Assembly (NCBI GenBank): GCA_977017645.1
Contig: OZ360232.1
Span: 18,848,001-18,912,000, forward strand
Direction: 5' to 3'
Length of the DNA: 64,000 nucleotides
From: Torpedo marmorata
Taxonomy: Eukaryota
The notes under the pieces are model-generated. The model saw nothing but the letters and a program-made list of their open reading frames with translations, was not told the origin of the DNA and ran no database searches. Made by a program: the position numbers and the translations under genes. Positions 13,155-25,125 of this stretch are shown here, piece by piece; position 1 is the stretch's first letter; each line of letters begins with the position of its first letter.

Positions 13155-14684
13155 AATCAGAATCAGAATCAGAATTTATTGTCACGAACAAGTCATGAAA
13201 TTCGGTGTTTTGCGGCAGCATCATAGTGCAAACATTTATATTATAACCATCTTACGACATTACTACAAAAAATATATAAATAATAGTGCACGAAAAGTAA
13301 GGCAGTGTCTTTGGTTCATTGATTATTCAGGAATCTGATGGCAGCGGGGAAGAAGCTGTCCTTGTGCCGTTGAGTGCTCGTCTTTAGGCTCCTGTACCTT
13401 TTTCCCGATGGTAAAGGTAAAGGTTCCATTATTGTCACGTAATACTACATTTAGAATGCAACATACATGAAATTCTTTAATTTTGTCCAGCATCCCTCAT
13501 AGAAACCTACAGCACCTGATGTTCCTTGGCGGTCTCCCCTCCAAGTACTGACCAGTCCTGTGCCTGCTTAGCTACCAAGATCAGACAATCCCAGTTGTAT
13601 TCAGGCTATTGGTGCTGTTAGCAGAGTGAAGAGGGCATGGCCTGGGTGGTGGTGGTCTTTGAGGATAGAGGCTGCTTTTTTAAGACACCGCCTCATGTAG
13701 ATGTCCTCGATGGAGTGAAGTCTGGTGCCTGTGATGTCACAGGCCGAGTTAACAACCCTCTGGAGTTTACTCTTGTCCTGAGAGTTGGCGCCTCCATACC
13801 AGGCAGTGATGCAACCAGCCAGAATTCTCTCCACGGTACACTTGTAGAAGTTTACGAGAGTCTTCGGTGACATACCGAATCTCCTCAGACGCCTCACAAA
13901 GTATAGCCACTGGCGAGCCTTCTTTGTGATTGCATCCATGTGGAGGCTCCAGGACAGATCCTCGGAGATGTTGACAGCCAGGAATGTGATGTTCTTGACC
14001 CTCTCCACTACTGAGCCCTCAATGAGGACTGGGTCGTGTTCCCCTGACTTCCTCCTGAAGTCCACAATCATCTCCTTGGTTTTGCTGACGTTGAGCGCAA
14101 GGTTGTTGTCATTACACCATTCAACAAGCTGATCTATCTCCCTCCTGTACGCTTCCTCATTGCCGTTTGTGATTCTGCTGACAATTGTGGTGTCATCGGC
14201 AAACTTGTAGATGGCATTGGAATTGTGCCTGGCCACACAGTCATGGGTGTATAACGAGTAGAGCAGTGGGCTAAGCATGCATCCTTGGGGTGCGCCTGTG
14301 TTGATAATCAGTGAGGAGGAGACGTTGTTTCCAATTTGTACTGACTGTGGTCTTCTGATGAGAAAGTCAAGGATCCAGTTGCAGAGTGGGGTACAGAGGC
14401 CTAGAGTTTGTAGCTTCTTGACCAGTACTGAGGGAATAATGGTATTGAAGGCCGAGCTGTAGTCGATGAAGAGCAGCCGTATGTATGAATTGCTGTTTTC
14501 GAGGTGATCCAGAGCTGAGTGGAGAGCCAGTGATATTGCATCTGCTGTGGAGCGATTGTGACGATAGGCGAATTGCAGTGGGTCCAGATCTTTGCTTCGG
14601 TACGTGTTAATTCTGGCCATGACCAGCCTCTCAAAGCATTTCATCACAGTAGAAGTTATTGCTACTGGGCGATAGTCATTGAGG
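13155..14684 (-). mobile_element. Rex1/Babar LINE, 5'-truncated, interrupted by a 5S-derived SINE
   Basis: ORF 14647-13601 with [29 protein letters not shown] and KFADDTT; (TTCTGA)n tail at 13155-13175. Confidence 0.93.
13414..13620 (-). mobile_element. 5S rRNA-derived SINE (SINE3-like) with (ACCTTT)n tail
   Basis: Reverse complement of 13503-13612 reads ...gtctgatcttggtagctaagcagg..ctggtcagtacttggaggggagaccgcc..gga..caggtgctgtagg, matching vertebrate 5S rRNA. Host LINE text gatggta|gcagagtg is split. Confidence 0.85.
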
Positions 14685-14730
14685 AGATCCTTTGGACATA
14701 TACAAGTCTAAAGAGATCGCATTGATGAAC

Positions 14731-15010
14731 AGATTTCAGATTTATTGTCAGAGTACATACATGACATCATATACAACCCTGAGATTCTTTTTCCTGTGGT
14801 CAAAGCAGAATTACCACTTAGTGGTAGTGTAAAAAACTGTACTCAACGCACACGTGTAAACAAATAAAGAAATCCCGCACTGTCTGTAAGGAGTTTGTAC
14901 GTTCTCCCCGTGTCTGCGTGTGTTTTACCCAGGAGCTCCGGTTTCCTCCCGCTATACTAAACGTACCGGGGGTGTTGGTTAATTGGGTGTAAATTGGGCG
15001 GCACAGACTC
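14731..15010. mobile_element. Rex1-type tail fragment (-, 14731-14870) abutting a headless V-SINE (+, 14871-15010)
   Basis: agatttcagatttattgtcagagtaca tail, then aatcccgcactgtctgtaaggagtttgtacg V-core. Confidence 0.75.
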
Positions 15011-15269
15011 TTGATTGCAATTAGTCAACAATATCACATTTATTGATAACATTAATAATTAAGCTAATAGACAAGGTTTTATTTGGAATAGGAACCCAAA
15101 GCATTGAGCTAAGACAATGAGACATGAGTGTTTGAACCAAAAAATAAGTTCTGAGTGGATGCTTATATATTCTAAAATTGTGAAAAATTGCTGTTGATTA
15201 GCCAGTAAAGAATTGCATAATTTTGATTACTTATGGAAAATAAATGAGCTAGTTGATGAATTGAGTTTT

Positions 15270-15840
15270 AGTTTCTTTTTCTTTTTAAATATTTTTATTG
15301 GTATTTAAAGTATAAGCAATTGAATGGTACAATTATACAATGTGCTACAAAGTTAGAAGAAAAAAAATTACAAGTATGATCATAATTAAAGAATCCAGAG
15401 CGCATTTTTAATAATGAAATAACAACAGCAAAAAAAAAACACAAAAGAAAAAAAAAGGAAAAAAAACCCTTCCTCTAAGCAAGGTTGAAAATTGACATAT
15501 ATAAATCAAGTAACCCCATCTTGGAGAGGGACACCACAGCGCCAAAATACCAGAACAACACTAAACCTTAAGATTATGATAGTAGTCCATAAATGAGCCC
15601 CATGTCTTTTGGAATTTAATATTTGAATCTTTGATAGCTTATCTAAGACATAATATTGTTTAGCCACTGTGCATGTGTAGGTGGGGTATTATCTTTCCAT
15701 TTTATCAAAACTGCACGTCTGGCCATCAACGAAGTGAAAGGTAAAATTCGGCTCTGAATGGAAGTCAATAATACATCATCCTTTTGAGATATTCCAAAAA
15801 GAGCAATTGAAGGACAAGGTTCCAATTTTAGTTTCAATAT
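15270..15840 (-). mobile_element. L1-clade LINE 3' fragment
   Basis: PCPSIALFG...LMARRAVLIKWKDNTPPTHAQWL is a typical L1 ORF2 C-terminus; T-rich tail with TTTATT near 15294. Confidence 0.8.
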
Positions 15841-15841
15841 A

Positions 15842-16063
15842 CAATAAAACCCCCGGTATCTGGCACCTATGGGGATTGGTAGATGCCGGAGAAGCGAATT
15901 TGCCGGTTGCTTGAGTTTGCGTGTTGCGTGGATTGGCAAACTAACCGCTAAGGGCGGCAATTTTAAACTTTCGTGTTTTTTACCTATTTATTTTCCCCGA
16001 TTTTTTTGCTGGTTGCTTGAGGCTGCCGGTTGCTTGAATTCCGGATAACAGGGGATTTTAATG
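15842..16063. mobile_element. Tigger/pogo-like MITE
   Basis: TA|CAATAAAACCCC...GGGGATTTTAATG imperfect TIRs; internal gccggttgcttga repeats. Confidence 0.65.
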
Positions 16064-16549
16064 TCATTAAATTTCAAGGAGGAACAATATTGCCTGGAAA
16101 GCAGATTTCACACCTTTTTTGATGTATAAACATGTGCTCCATGCAATCTTAATCCCTAGTTAGATTACTAAAAATTTACGAAATTAGGTTAAAAAATTTT
16201 TTTTACATACAATATTATGTATCAAAGTCACATAATTGGCTTGCAACTGCTTTGTCAGCCTGATTGGACAGAACACCAGCAAAAATACCTTTCCATGAGG
16301 GTGAAGGAAAACAATGTGGATGGAAGGGAACAGTGTGCTTCCAGCATGTCTGAGCAGCTCCCCATTAATTGTGCAGCTGCTGGACAAGTGACTTTAGCAC
16401 ACAGCTCAAATTTGATTTGCACAATTATACGGTGTCCAGTGAAGGGACCGATAATGAGGCAATGTCTTGTGTTTTGACAATTAAAACTGAGCCTACAGCT
16501 GCTGTATTGAAACATCATTTTCAAATGCAGAGCTTTTCCGCTCATGCTA

Positions 16550-16754
16550 ACCATCCGAGACTCTCATATGTACGAAACAATATTTATTTATTTATTGGTA
16601 TATATGAATACTTGTCCTGCATATGTATTGTTTGTCTGTATGTGTGTTATGTCTGGTTGTGTGTCTGCTTGTTTTGCACCGAGGACCGGAGAACACTGTT
16701 TCATCAGTTTGTACTTGTGCAATCAGATTACAATAAACTTGACTTGACTTGACT
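16550..16754 (+). mobile_element. Rex1/Babar-type 3' tail
   Basis: gcaccgaggaccggagaacactgtttc...acaataaa(CTTGA)3. Confidence 0.6.
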
Positions 16755-17339
16755 GTTGGTCTTTATGCAATACGTTCCTAGCTTATTTTAAAGAGTGATT
16801 AAGAAGCAAAGGTTTCTTGATAAATGCAATCGTCCTTTGAGTTTATTTTATTTTGACGTTCAGTCAAGTAATTCAGTCATTAAAAGGAAACAGATATTTT
16901 TGTGAAATATTAATATGAATGCTAAGAGTTGCATTTATTTGAAGTTTAGTAGCAAAGATACACTCAAAAATTGAGATTACTTCATGTGATAAATTCAACT
17001 CCATTGTCATGAAGGTCTCTCATATTTTGCTTTTGCCCGAAAATCCAGCTGGGCCTGCTCCGTAAGAGCCCCCACTTTCAGAACTTTTTAGATTCAGGTT
17101 TTGCAGGGTGAGGTTCAAGCACAGCAGTGCTTAGAAGCAGTAGAGGTCCCTGAAACAAACAAGTCAGCAAATGCTGAGCGGTGCTTTAAGGGGTGTTCAA
17201 AATGAAATTGAAATAAAGTTTGCCTTACTTATGAGAAAGGCTAATAACTAGTGTAAACAAATTTAAGATTGTCACGAGACCCAGAGATAGGATGAAGTAA
17301 ATGTTCGATGCAAATACTATGGCCCTTTAAATTTAAAGA

Positions 17340-17600
17340 GGCCCTTTCGGCCAACGAGCCCGTGCCGCCAAATTACACCCAATTGACCTACAACCCCTGT
17401 ACGTTTTTGAACGAAAGAAGGAAACTGGAGCCCACAGGGAAAGCCCATGCAGACACGAGGAGAACGTATAAACTCCTTACAGGCAGCACGGGATTCGAAC
17501 CCCAGTCCCGATCACTGGTGCTGTAACAGTGTTGTGCTAACCACTACGCTAACCATGCCGTCCTTATGCTAACCGTGCCGCGCTTACGCTAACCGTGCCG
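17340..17600 (-). mobile_element. V-SINE with triplicated 5' head
   Basis: V-core and B box ggattcgaaccc; gctaacc(a/g)tgccg repeated three times at about 20-bp period. Confidence 0.85.
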
Positions 17601-17809
17601 AAGGCTATTGGCGCCTTCGGACTCTGCTCATAGTTTATGAGCCCCCTTCCCTATGAAGCAGTCAAATTTTGGTTTCTTCCATACTTCTCTCCTACTGACT
17701 ACATTAAAAAATATAAAAAAAACAATTTATGTGAAAAGACAACAAGGCTTTTACTTAAATGTGCTGTGGCACCCAGGGGCCCCATTGAGAACGGCTGCTT
17801 TAGATTATA

Positions 17810-20800
17810 ATGCTTCTCATTATTTGACCATCCTCTGTTCTGACAGTGTAGGATTTTGGATTTACTTCCTCCAGAACAGTAGACTTTTTGCCCCAAGTGT
17901 TGGAATCTCTGAGGCTCACTGCGTCATGTTGTGCCAGGGCCCTATGTTTCTCGCTGACTTGTCATAGTTTGCTTTTTGTCTCCATTGCAGACGCTTTTGT
18001 TTCCGTTTAACATCTCTGTTCTTGTTTGGGTCTGCAGAGTAGGGAAGTGTGGTGCGTAGTCTATGTCCCATCAGAGAGCTCAGCTGGTGTCATGCCATGT
18101 TCAAGTGGTGAAGCTCTGTAACTCAATAGAGCTAGATACGGATCTGAGCCACTGTCTAGTGCTTTCTTGAGCAACTGTTTAACTATGTGAACTCCTTTTT
18201 CTGCTTTACCATTTGACTGGGGATGCAGAGGACATGAAGTCACATGTCGAAAATCATACTCTTATGCAAAGTTCTGGAATTCTCTACAGCTGTAGCATGG
18301 TCCATTGTCACTGTAGACAATTTGAGGAATTCCATGTCTTGCAAAGATAGATTTCATATATTTGATCACGCAAGCAGCAGACATATTAGGAAGCAATGCA
18401 ATCTATGGATAGTTCGATAGATAGTCAATAACCAGCAAGTAATTCTTTCCATCCATGTGCAACAGATCAGTCCCAATTTTCTGCCATGGTTCTGCTGGTA
18501 CATTCTGTCAATGTCAGTGTTTATCCCTGGCCAATAAACAGCAGTTCTGGCCCTCCTCTTGAATTTTTCCATTCCAAGGTGCCCCTCATGCACCCTTTTC
18601 AGCATTTCTTGTCGCAGTGATTGAGGAATGACAATTCTGCTCTGTCTGAGTAGAAGCCCATTGACAACACTCAGCTCAGCTCTGATGTTGTAGTATAGCT
18701 GACATTCACCTCTAGGCCATCCTTCATTCAGATTCTTGATGACCATCTGTAGAACTGTGTCCTTTTCTGTTTCAGCTGCGATCTGCTTGGCTTTCATGTC
18801 AGATACGGGAAGAGATTCAGTGATCAGATTCATGTGGAGGTTCACATCTGTCTCTCTGGAACTCTCATTGTGTGCTTCACTCTGCGTCGTTGCCCTGGAT
18901 AACACATCAGCTAACACAATAAGTTTCCCTGGTGTGTACAGCAATTCAAAGTCATAACGTTGTAGCTTCATCATCAGTCTTTCGATTTGCGGCGACATTT
19001 CACTGAGATTTTTCTTGATTATGGCTATTAATGGCTTGTGGTCTATCTCTGCCATGAATGTTGGTAGACCATACACATAACTGTGGAATTTCTCGAGTCC
19101 ATAGACCAGACCTAGACACTCTTTCTCTATCTGTGCATATCGACATTCAGATGTTGTCATCGTCCTTGATGCGTATGCTACTGGCCTCCAATCTTCTCCC
19201 ACAGCCTGAAGTAGTACGGCACCTATTCCATCTTTTGAAGCGTCTGTAGATATTTTCTTCCTTCTGGATGCGTCAAAGAACGTCAAAAGCACTGGTTCTG
19301 TAGTTAGAATGGTCTTCAGTCGTCCCCATTCTTCCTCGTGGTTGTCTTTCTGCTTGAATTCACATTTGTCCTGTAACAGATTCCTTAGGTATATTGTTTT
19401 GGAAGACAGGTTTGGTATGAATTTACCAATGAAATTGATCATTCTCAGCATTCTCAATATACCTTTCTTGTCAGTGGGTCTGGGCATCTCTAGAATTGCT
19501 TTCACCTTGCTCTTGCCTGGCTTCACACCTGCCTCTGACAGTTTATCTCCCAGAAAGGTGATTTCCTTCACACCAAACTGACATTTTACTCTGTTTAACT
19601 TTAATTCATACTTCTGGATGCGTTATAGCACTTTGATGAGCCTCTCGTTGAGTTGTTCTTGTGTGGATCCCCATAGGATCATGTCATCCATGTACACACG
19701 TACCCCATTTATGCCTTCTATGATGTGCTCCATTGTCCTGTGGAACACTTCTGCAGCTGAGTAAATTCCAAAAGGCATCCTCAGACTGGAGTATCGGCCA
19801 AACGGTGTATTAAATGTACAGTATTTTGTGCTATCTTCATGCAGTTTTATTTGCCAGAAGCCCTGGGATGCATCCAATTTGTTGATAAACTTTGCACTGG
19901 CCCTCTCACTTGTAATTTCATCCCTGGTCAGAATCTGATAATGTTCCCTCTTTATATTGGCATTCAAGTCTTTTGGGTCCATGCACACATGTAGATCACC
20001 GTTCTTCTTTTTGACACACACCATTGAATTCACCCATTCTGTGGGCTCCTCCACTTTCTTTATGACCCCTAGGGCCATCATTCAGTCGAGTTCCTGCTTG
20101 AGCTTTTCTTTTAGTGGTGCTGGAACCTGCCTCGGGGCATGCACTACTGGCTGTGTGTCCTCCTTTAACTTTATCTTATAGGTGAATGGTAGAACTCCAA
20201 ACCCCTTGAAGGTGTCTGGAAATTAATCCAGTATTTCCTCTATGCTGTTCCGTGCATTGTCACTGTTGATGTGGTACACCCTCTTGACTAGGCTTAAGTT
20301 TTCACATGCCTTGTCACCAAGCAGTGATTCATGTCCATCTGGGGCTACTGTGAACCTGAGGTGGTGCTCTTTATCTTTAACTTTCACCTTGAGTTGACAT
20401 GGACCTTTTGTGTCGATGCTCTGTCCATTGTAGGCTTTAAGCTGTACAGGATTTGCATGGATGTATGGCTTTATCTTCATTGCGCTGATGTCACGCTCAC
20501 AGATCAAATTGACCATTGCCCCTGTTTCCAGCTTGAAAGGAATATTTGTTCCATTTGAATGCAATGACACAGTCCACTTGTCCGACTCTGTTCACATTTG
20601 GCTGTTCAGTGTCTGTTGGTTCATAATCTTCCTGCACTACCATACCAACAAAAAAAGGCGTATCACTGAGAGCAGTTTCTTCTATACTGTGTACAGTTTC
20701 ACTTCTGTTTTGTTTCTCTTTGGAAAAACATTGCTTTGCATAATGATTCTGCCCTTTGCACTTATTGCAGACTTTTCCATAGGCTGGGCATTGTTTTGGT

Positions 20801-21644
20801 GCATGTAGAGTGCCACATCGTTTACACTTGAATGTCTTTCCATCTTTTTGTTGTTTCCTATATCTTATTTTTTGTTTATGTGTGTGGACACACACTGTGG
20901 CTACGGCTATGCCTTCGTTGTCACTGGCTTTTGCACTCTCACCAAACTTTTTTGCGTGCTGCAGAACTAATTCACTGGTGTGGCATATCTTTACAGCTCC
21001 AGCTAAGGTAAGCTCTGTATCTCGCAGCAACCTCTCTCTCACTTTCTTATCACTAATTCCGAACGCAATTTGATCACGGATCATTGAATCTTGCAGCGAT
21101 CCAAAATTGCATGTTCTTGCTTTTGGTTTTAAGTCGGTTAAGAAAGTATCAAAGCTCTCTCCCTGTAGCTGTGTGCGCGAGTGAAACATGTACCTCTCGA
21201 ACGTTTCATTTTTCTTTGGTGAACAGTGTTCATCAAACATCTCGATAACCTTGTCAAACTTGCCCTGGTCTTCTACCTCGGCAAAAACAAATGTATTGAA
21301 AACCTCTAGTGCTTGAGGCCACACCACGGTAAGTAGCAGTGCAATCTTCCATGCATCATGTTTGCTATCGAGTCCAATGGTTTGCAGGTACAGCATGAAT
21401 CTTTGTTTGAACAACCTCCACTTGTGGTCGACATTTCCAGTCCAATTTACAGCGTCAGGAGCCTTTACACTTTCCATATCTCTGCTGATAATGATTTATT
21501 CTCACTCCTGGTACCATGTGATGTTTCTTTTATTACAATAAAGAAACTTGGGTTCTTTTAAAACAACTATTCTTTATTAGCTCGAGAACTCACACATGAC
21601 CTAATGTATGGAGGCATCCATCTTGAATCTCCCAAGCTACAACA
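17810..21644 (-). mobile_element. Decayed Ty3/gypsy LTR retrotransposon (two-CCHC gag, Mag-like), 3' end lost
   Basis: gag 21477-20497 with CKRC..H..C and CNKC..H..C; protease FKLETGA; RT LDASQGFWQI and YMDD; RNase H TDASKDG..EKE; integrase HEGHLG..PQSNGKAE; multiple frameshifts. The LTR starts at 21517; its far end is uncertain (21644 or about 21892). Confidence 0.9.
21503..21516 (-). promoter_or_regulatory. Primer binding site, tRNA-Leu(UAA)
   Basis: TGGTACCAGGAGTG directly after the LTR end (..CATCACA); complementary to the 3' end ..CACTCCTGGTACCA of vertebrate tRNA-Leu(UAA). Confidence 0.85.
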
Positions 21645-22464
21645 AACTAGTCTCCGACTCCCTACAGTGGTCGGGAGGATCTCTAGCACTCGATCACTAC
21701 AGCCTGCATCACCACTGGTTCTCTTACCAGGTACCTTAAATTTGTTTCATCTTATTATTGACCGTTTTCAGTTGCAAGAGTTCTCTTATTTCCTTGTATC
21801 TTGGCCCTCTCTAGTATTGCAGTAACTTTCTTCAGTATTAGCTAAGCTGCAGTATTTTGTCAAATATTTTCTCTTAAAAGAACTGCATAACAGATACTAT
21901 ATTATTCAAACTCCTTGGCCCCTCTTTATTATCTGGATATCTTCCAAATGTATGCCACCTAAAAATGAACACAATATTAACCACTGCTTGTACCCCAACT
22001 GAAATAAATGTTTAGTATGATGCCTGCTCAAGCAGGTAGGTCATTTTTGGGAATCTTTGTCAACCAGGAAAGGTAAAAAGATCAACAGCTGGAAGTTTCA
22101 ATGGTACTCAAATGTTTTCTAAAGTACCAGTGCCATGAGGAACCGAGCAACACATTGAACTGGATAGTTTTATAATGCTACTGTATTGTTATCATGCCAA
22201 ACAGGATAAATTCCCCAGCTGTTCACATATTTGTGTCTGTTATCTGTCAAATACATGCCCAGATGGGAATTAGTTGATAGAATGCAAATCTTCTCAGTTG
22301 TGCAAGCCACAAACACACACACTGATTCATCGTCTCAGCTACAGGTCGGGCTAAACAGTGGATTTTGTCATTGGAGGCTATTTAACCGCTGAAAACTTTT
22401 CCTGCCAGTTTATATTAAGAGTTCCACTAAAAACTTTATGAGACCTACATGGACTGCATATTCT

Positions 22465-22885
22465 ACCCGCAAATTGGAGGAACAACATCTCATATTCCGT
22501 CTCGGCACTCTCCAGCCAGATGGAATTAACATTGACTTTTCTGCTTTCCACTAAACCTGCTTGTTGTTCCCTTCCCCTCCCCCTCACCTGTCCTTCCTGG
22601 TTTTTTTCCACCCAACCAGCCATCCCTCCTCCCCCTCTTTGCTGCTGTCCCCTCCCTCCTTTCTCCACCTATCATCTCCTGCCTTTCCCACCCCCCTTCC
22701 CCCCTCACTCCTTTGTTCGGACGTCTGCCGGCATTTTCTCATACTTTGATGAAGGGCTCAAGCCTGAAACGTCGGTTATGTATTTCTACCTTTGCTACAT
22801 AAAATACACTGTTTGACCTGCTGAGTTCTCCAGCTTTTGTGTTTTTTACTTCTACCACGGTGTCTACAGATTTTCGTGTTTACTT
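22465..22885 (+). mobile_element. Penelope-like 3' fragment with pseudo-LTR and hammerhead-like motif (22746-22773)
   Basis: Near-identical to 2570-2960; TTGATGAAGGGCTCAAGCCTGAAACGTC. Confidence 0.9.
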
Positions 22886-22887
22886 TT

Positions 22888-23492
22888 GACTTCTTAATGA
22901 ACGTTGGAGAGAGACAATGACTGCTTATGCTTACAAATACTTGGCTTGCTTTTCTTCTCTGATGACTTTCCCTTCTTGTGTTTTCACAAGGATTGCGAAT
23001 TCAGATCCGTTTTGGATTAAGGCGTATACTTGGATTTCACAGCCGGTTCCTCACAAAAGCTGTTCTCACAACTCAGGATTTTGCTGAATCATCAGGCCCT
23101 GTATTTCTCCCAGCTGTTTCCCCTGGGATGCACAAGACTGGACTTTTCTGATTCAAGAGACTCTGTGCTATTCTCCCAACTTCTTCTCTGGGATACACAA
23201 GCCTGGATCCTGCTGAGTTCTCCTGCCTTTGCAACTCCAAAACTGCCACTGATTTAGTTTTCCACTTCAGGCCTTACAGTAGAGAGAGAGTTTCTCTAGC
23301 TTCCTTCTTCCAAAGTTCCACACCCAAGTATATTTCCACAGTTTGTCTCCCCCTGATGTCTCTCTCTGGTAAATACAAGAAGTCCTGGGCAAGTTAACTC
23401 TTTCAGTACCAGGTCTCAGTGTGTACTCCAAAAAAACTTCATCCTTCCTGCTTACCATCCGCAGTCCAAACTGTCAGTCATGGTCCATAACA
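22888..23492 (-). mobile_element. Partial LTR, divergent Gmr1-type subfamily
   Basis: Ends ..catggtccataaca (LTR 5' end on the minus strand); the 3' third is missing. Confidence 0.85.
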
Positions 23493-24459
23493 ATAGAAAC
23501 AAATGAATGCCTGTTGGAATTCCATGGTCAAAAATAGGCATTTAGAAACTCTGGCGATAAATAGATACCGATGGGCTAGATACCTTCGGATTATTAGAAA
23601 TGAATCTTGGTGCAAGACAACATAATACTTGAAGAAATGGTGAATGTAAAATATGTGACAAAGAACATTTTGATCAATTCAGGGGAATGCAGTGCTAGAT
23701 CAAACAATCTATTCAATACATTTACATACCAATGAACCTAGAACAGGAAATAAGCCAAAGAAAAAAAACATGAAATATGCTTAAAAAGGCATACAAACAT
23801 TTAGGAAGTGCATTTTCTAACATAGAAGAAAGGCAACAATTTGTCCAGTGATTAAATACCGGTAGTTTTCTCATTGCATGGAATTGTGCTTGTTTCCAAT
23901 GTCCTGCTATGCTTTACTATTATCTTGCGGTGATGGTACAGGTATCATAATTTCTTTGTTCACACTTAAGATCTTAACATATCCCTGTTAGGGAATTAAG
24001 GGGGACATTGGAATTGATCTCAATGTTCTCAGGTTGTGGAAAGAAAAAAACCATTCTGACTCCTGTTCATGTATGTGCAGGCATAGGGAATAAACAGAAC
24101 GAGTTTCTGTAGTCAGAGTGGAAATATTGAATATGCTTTTCTTATGTTTATAATAATAATTTGGATGAGATTCTAGAAAGATGCTGCTATTTCTAACTGA
24201 ACTTCTTCCCAATGAGTCACCAACTTCAAAAGCATGATTAATGCTGGTTAGAAGATTCCAAGACAATTTATTTCCATGTGAAGGAGACTTGTTAGACTAC
24301 ATCAAGTAAAATGGAATTAAAGGAATTTAATCACAAGCACAATCCAATAAACCTCATGAGCTTTGTTTCAGCAATTTATGAAATAATTTTGACATTATGA
24401 AGAGAACAGGGAATCTTCAATGTGAACAACATTTTTTTTACAGTATGTTGAAGCACTCA

Positions 24460-25125
24460 TTCAGGGGACAAATGGGAGATTCTGTGAATGTGAACGAGAC
24501 TCTAGGATGGTGTGCTGCTTTCCAGGTGCAGGAACAAGGGTAGTCTCCGAGCAGTTGCACAACATTCTTAAGGGGGAGGACAAACAGCCAGAGGTCATTG
24601 TACACATCTATACCAACAACAGGGATAGAAAAATAGATGAGGCCCTGCAGAGCAAATATTGGGAGTCAGGAAGAAGGTTAAAAGCCATCAAGGGTTATTC
24701 TCTTTGGTTTAATTTCCATGCCAAACACCAATGAGGATAGGAATAGGAGGAAAGGGCAAATGAATCCATGGTTGAAGAGCTCGTGCAGAAGGAAGGATTC
24801 AGTTTCTTGTTAGGACCCCTTCTGAACCAAAGTGACCTGTACAAGAGGTAGGAACAGTTGTCGGGTTATTTGTTAAGGAGAAATTAAACTAAGTTTTAAT
24901 AGGGAGTGGGGATGGAATCCAAAGTCATAGGGTGGCAGATCAGGTAGTTGAAGTAAAAAGAAAGGTTGGAGTGAGCAAGTCCAGTAGCCAGGGCAGACAG
25001 AAGCAAGGCAGAGAGAAAGAACTATCTGAAGGCTAAACTATTTATTTTAATGCAAGAAGCCTTACAGGTAAGGTGGATGAACTCAGGGCATGGATTGGAC
25101 CATGGAATTGTGACATTATAAGCCA
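24460..25125 (+). mobile_element. Old CR1 fragment: ORF1 esterase-like region into ORF2 start
   Basis: MVCCFPGA..DKQPEVIVHI.TN; then tattttaatgcaagaagc (YFNARS). Confidence 0.7.

Noticed and set aside
13503-13612. Functional 5S rRNA gene
   Set aside because: The 5' end is diverged, there are many substitutions, there is no tandem array, and it is fused to a retroposon tail inside a LINE.
17610-17800. Possible hAT MITE end (..ggggccccattgagaacggctg)
   Set aside because: Only one terminus is visible; no partner TIR or TSD found.
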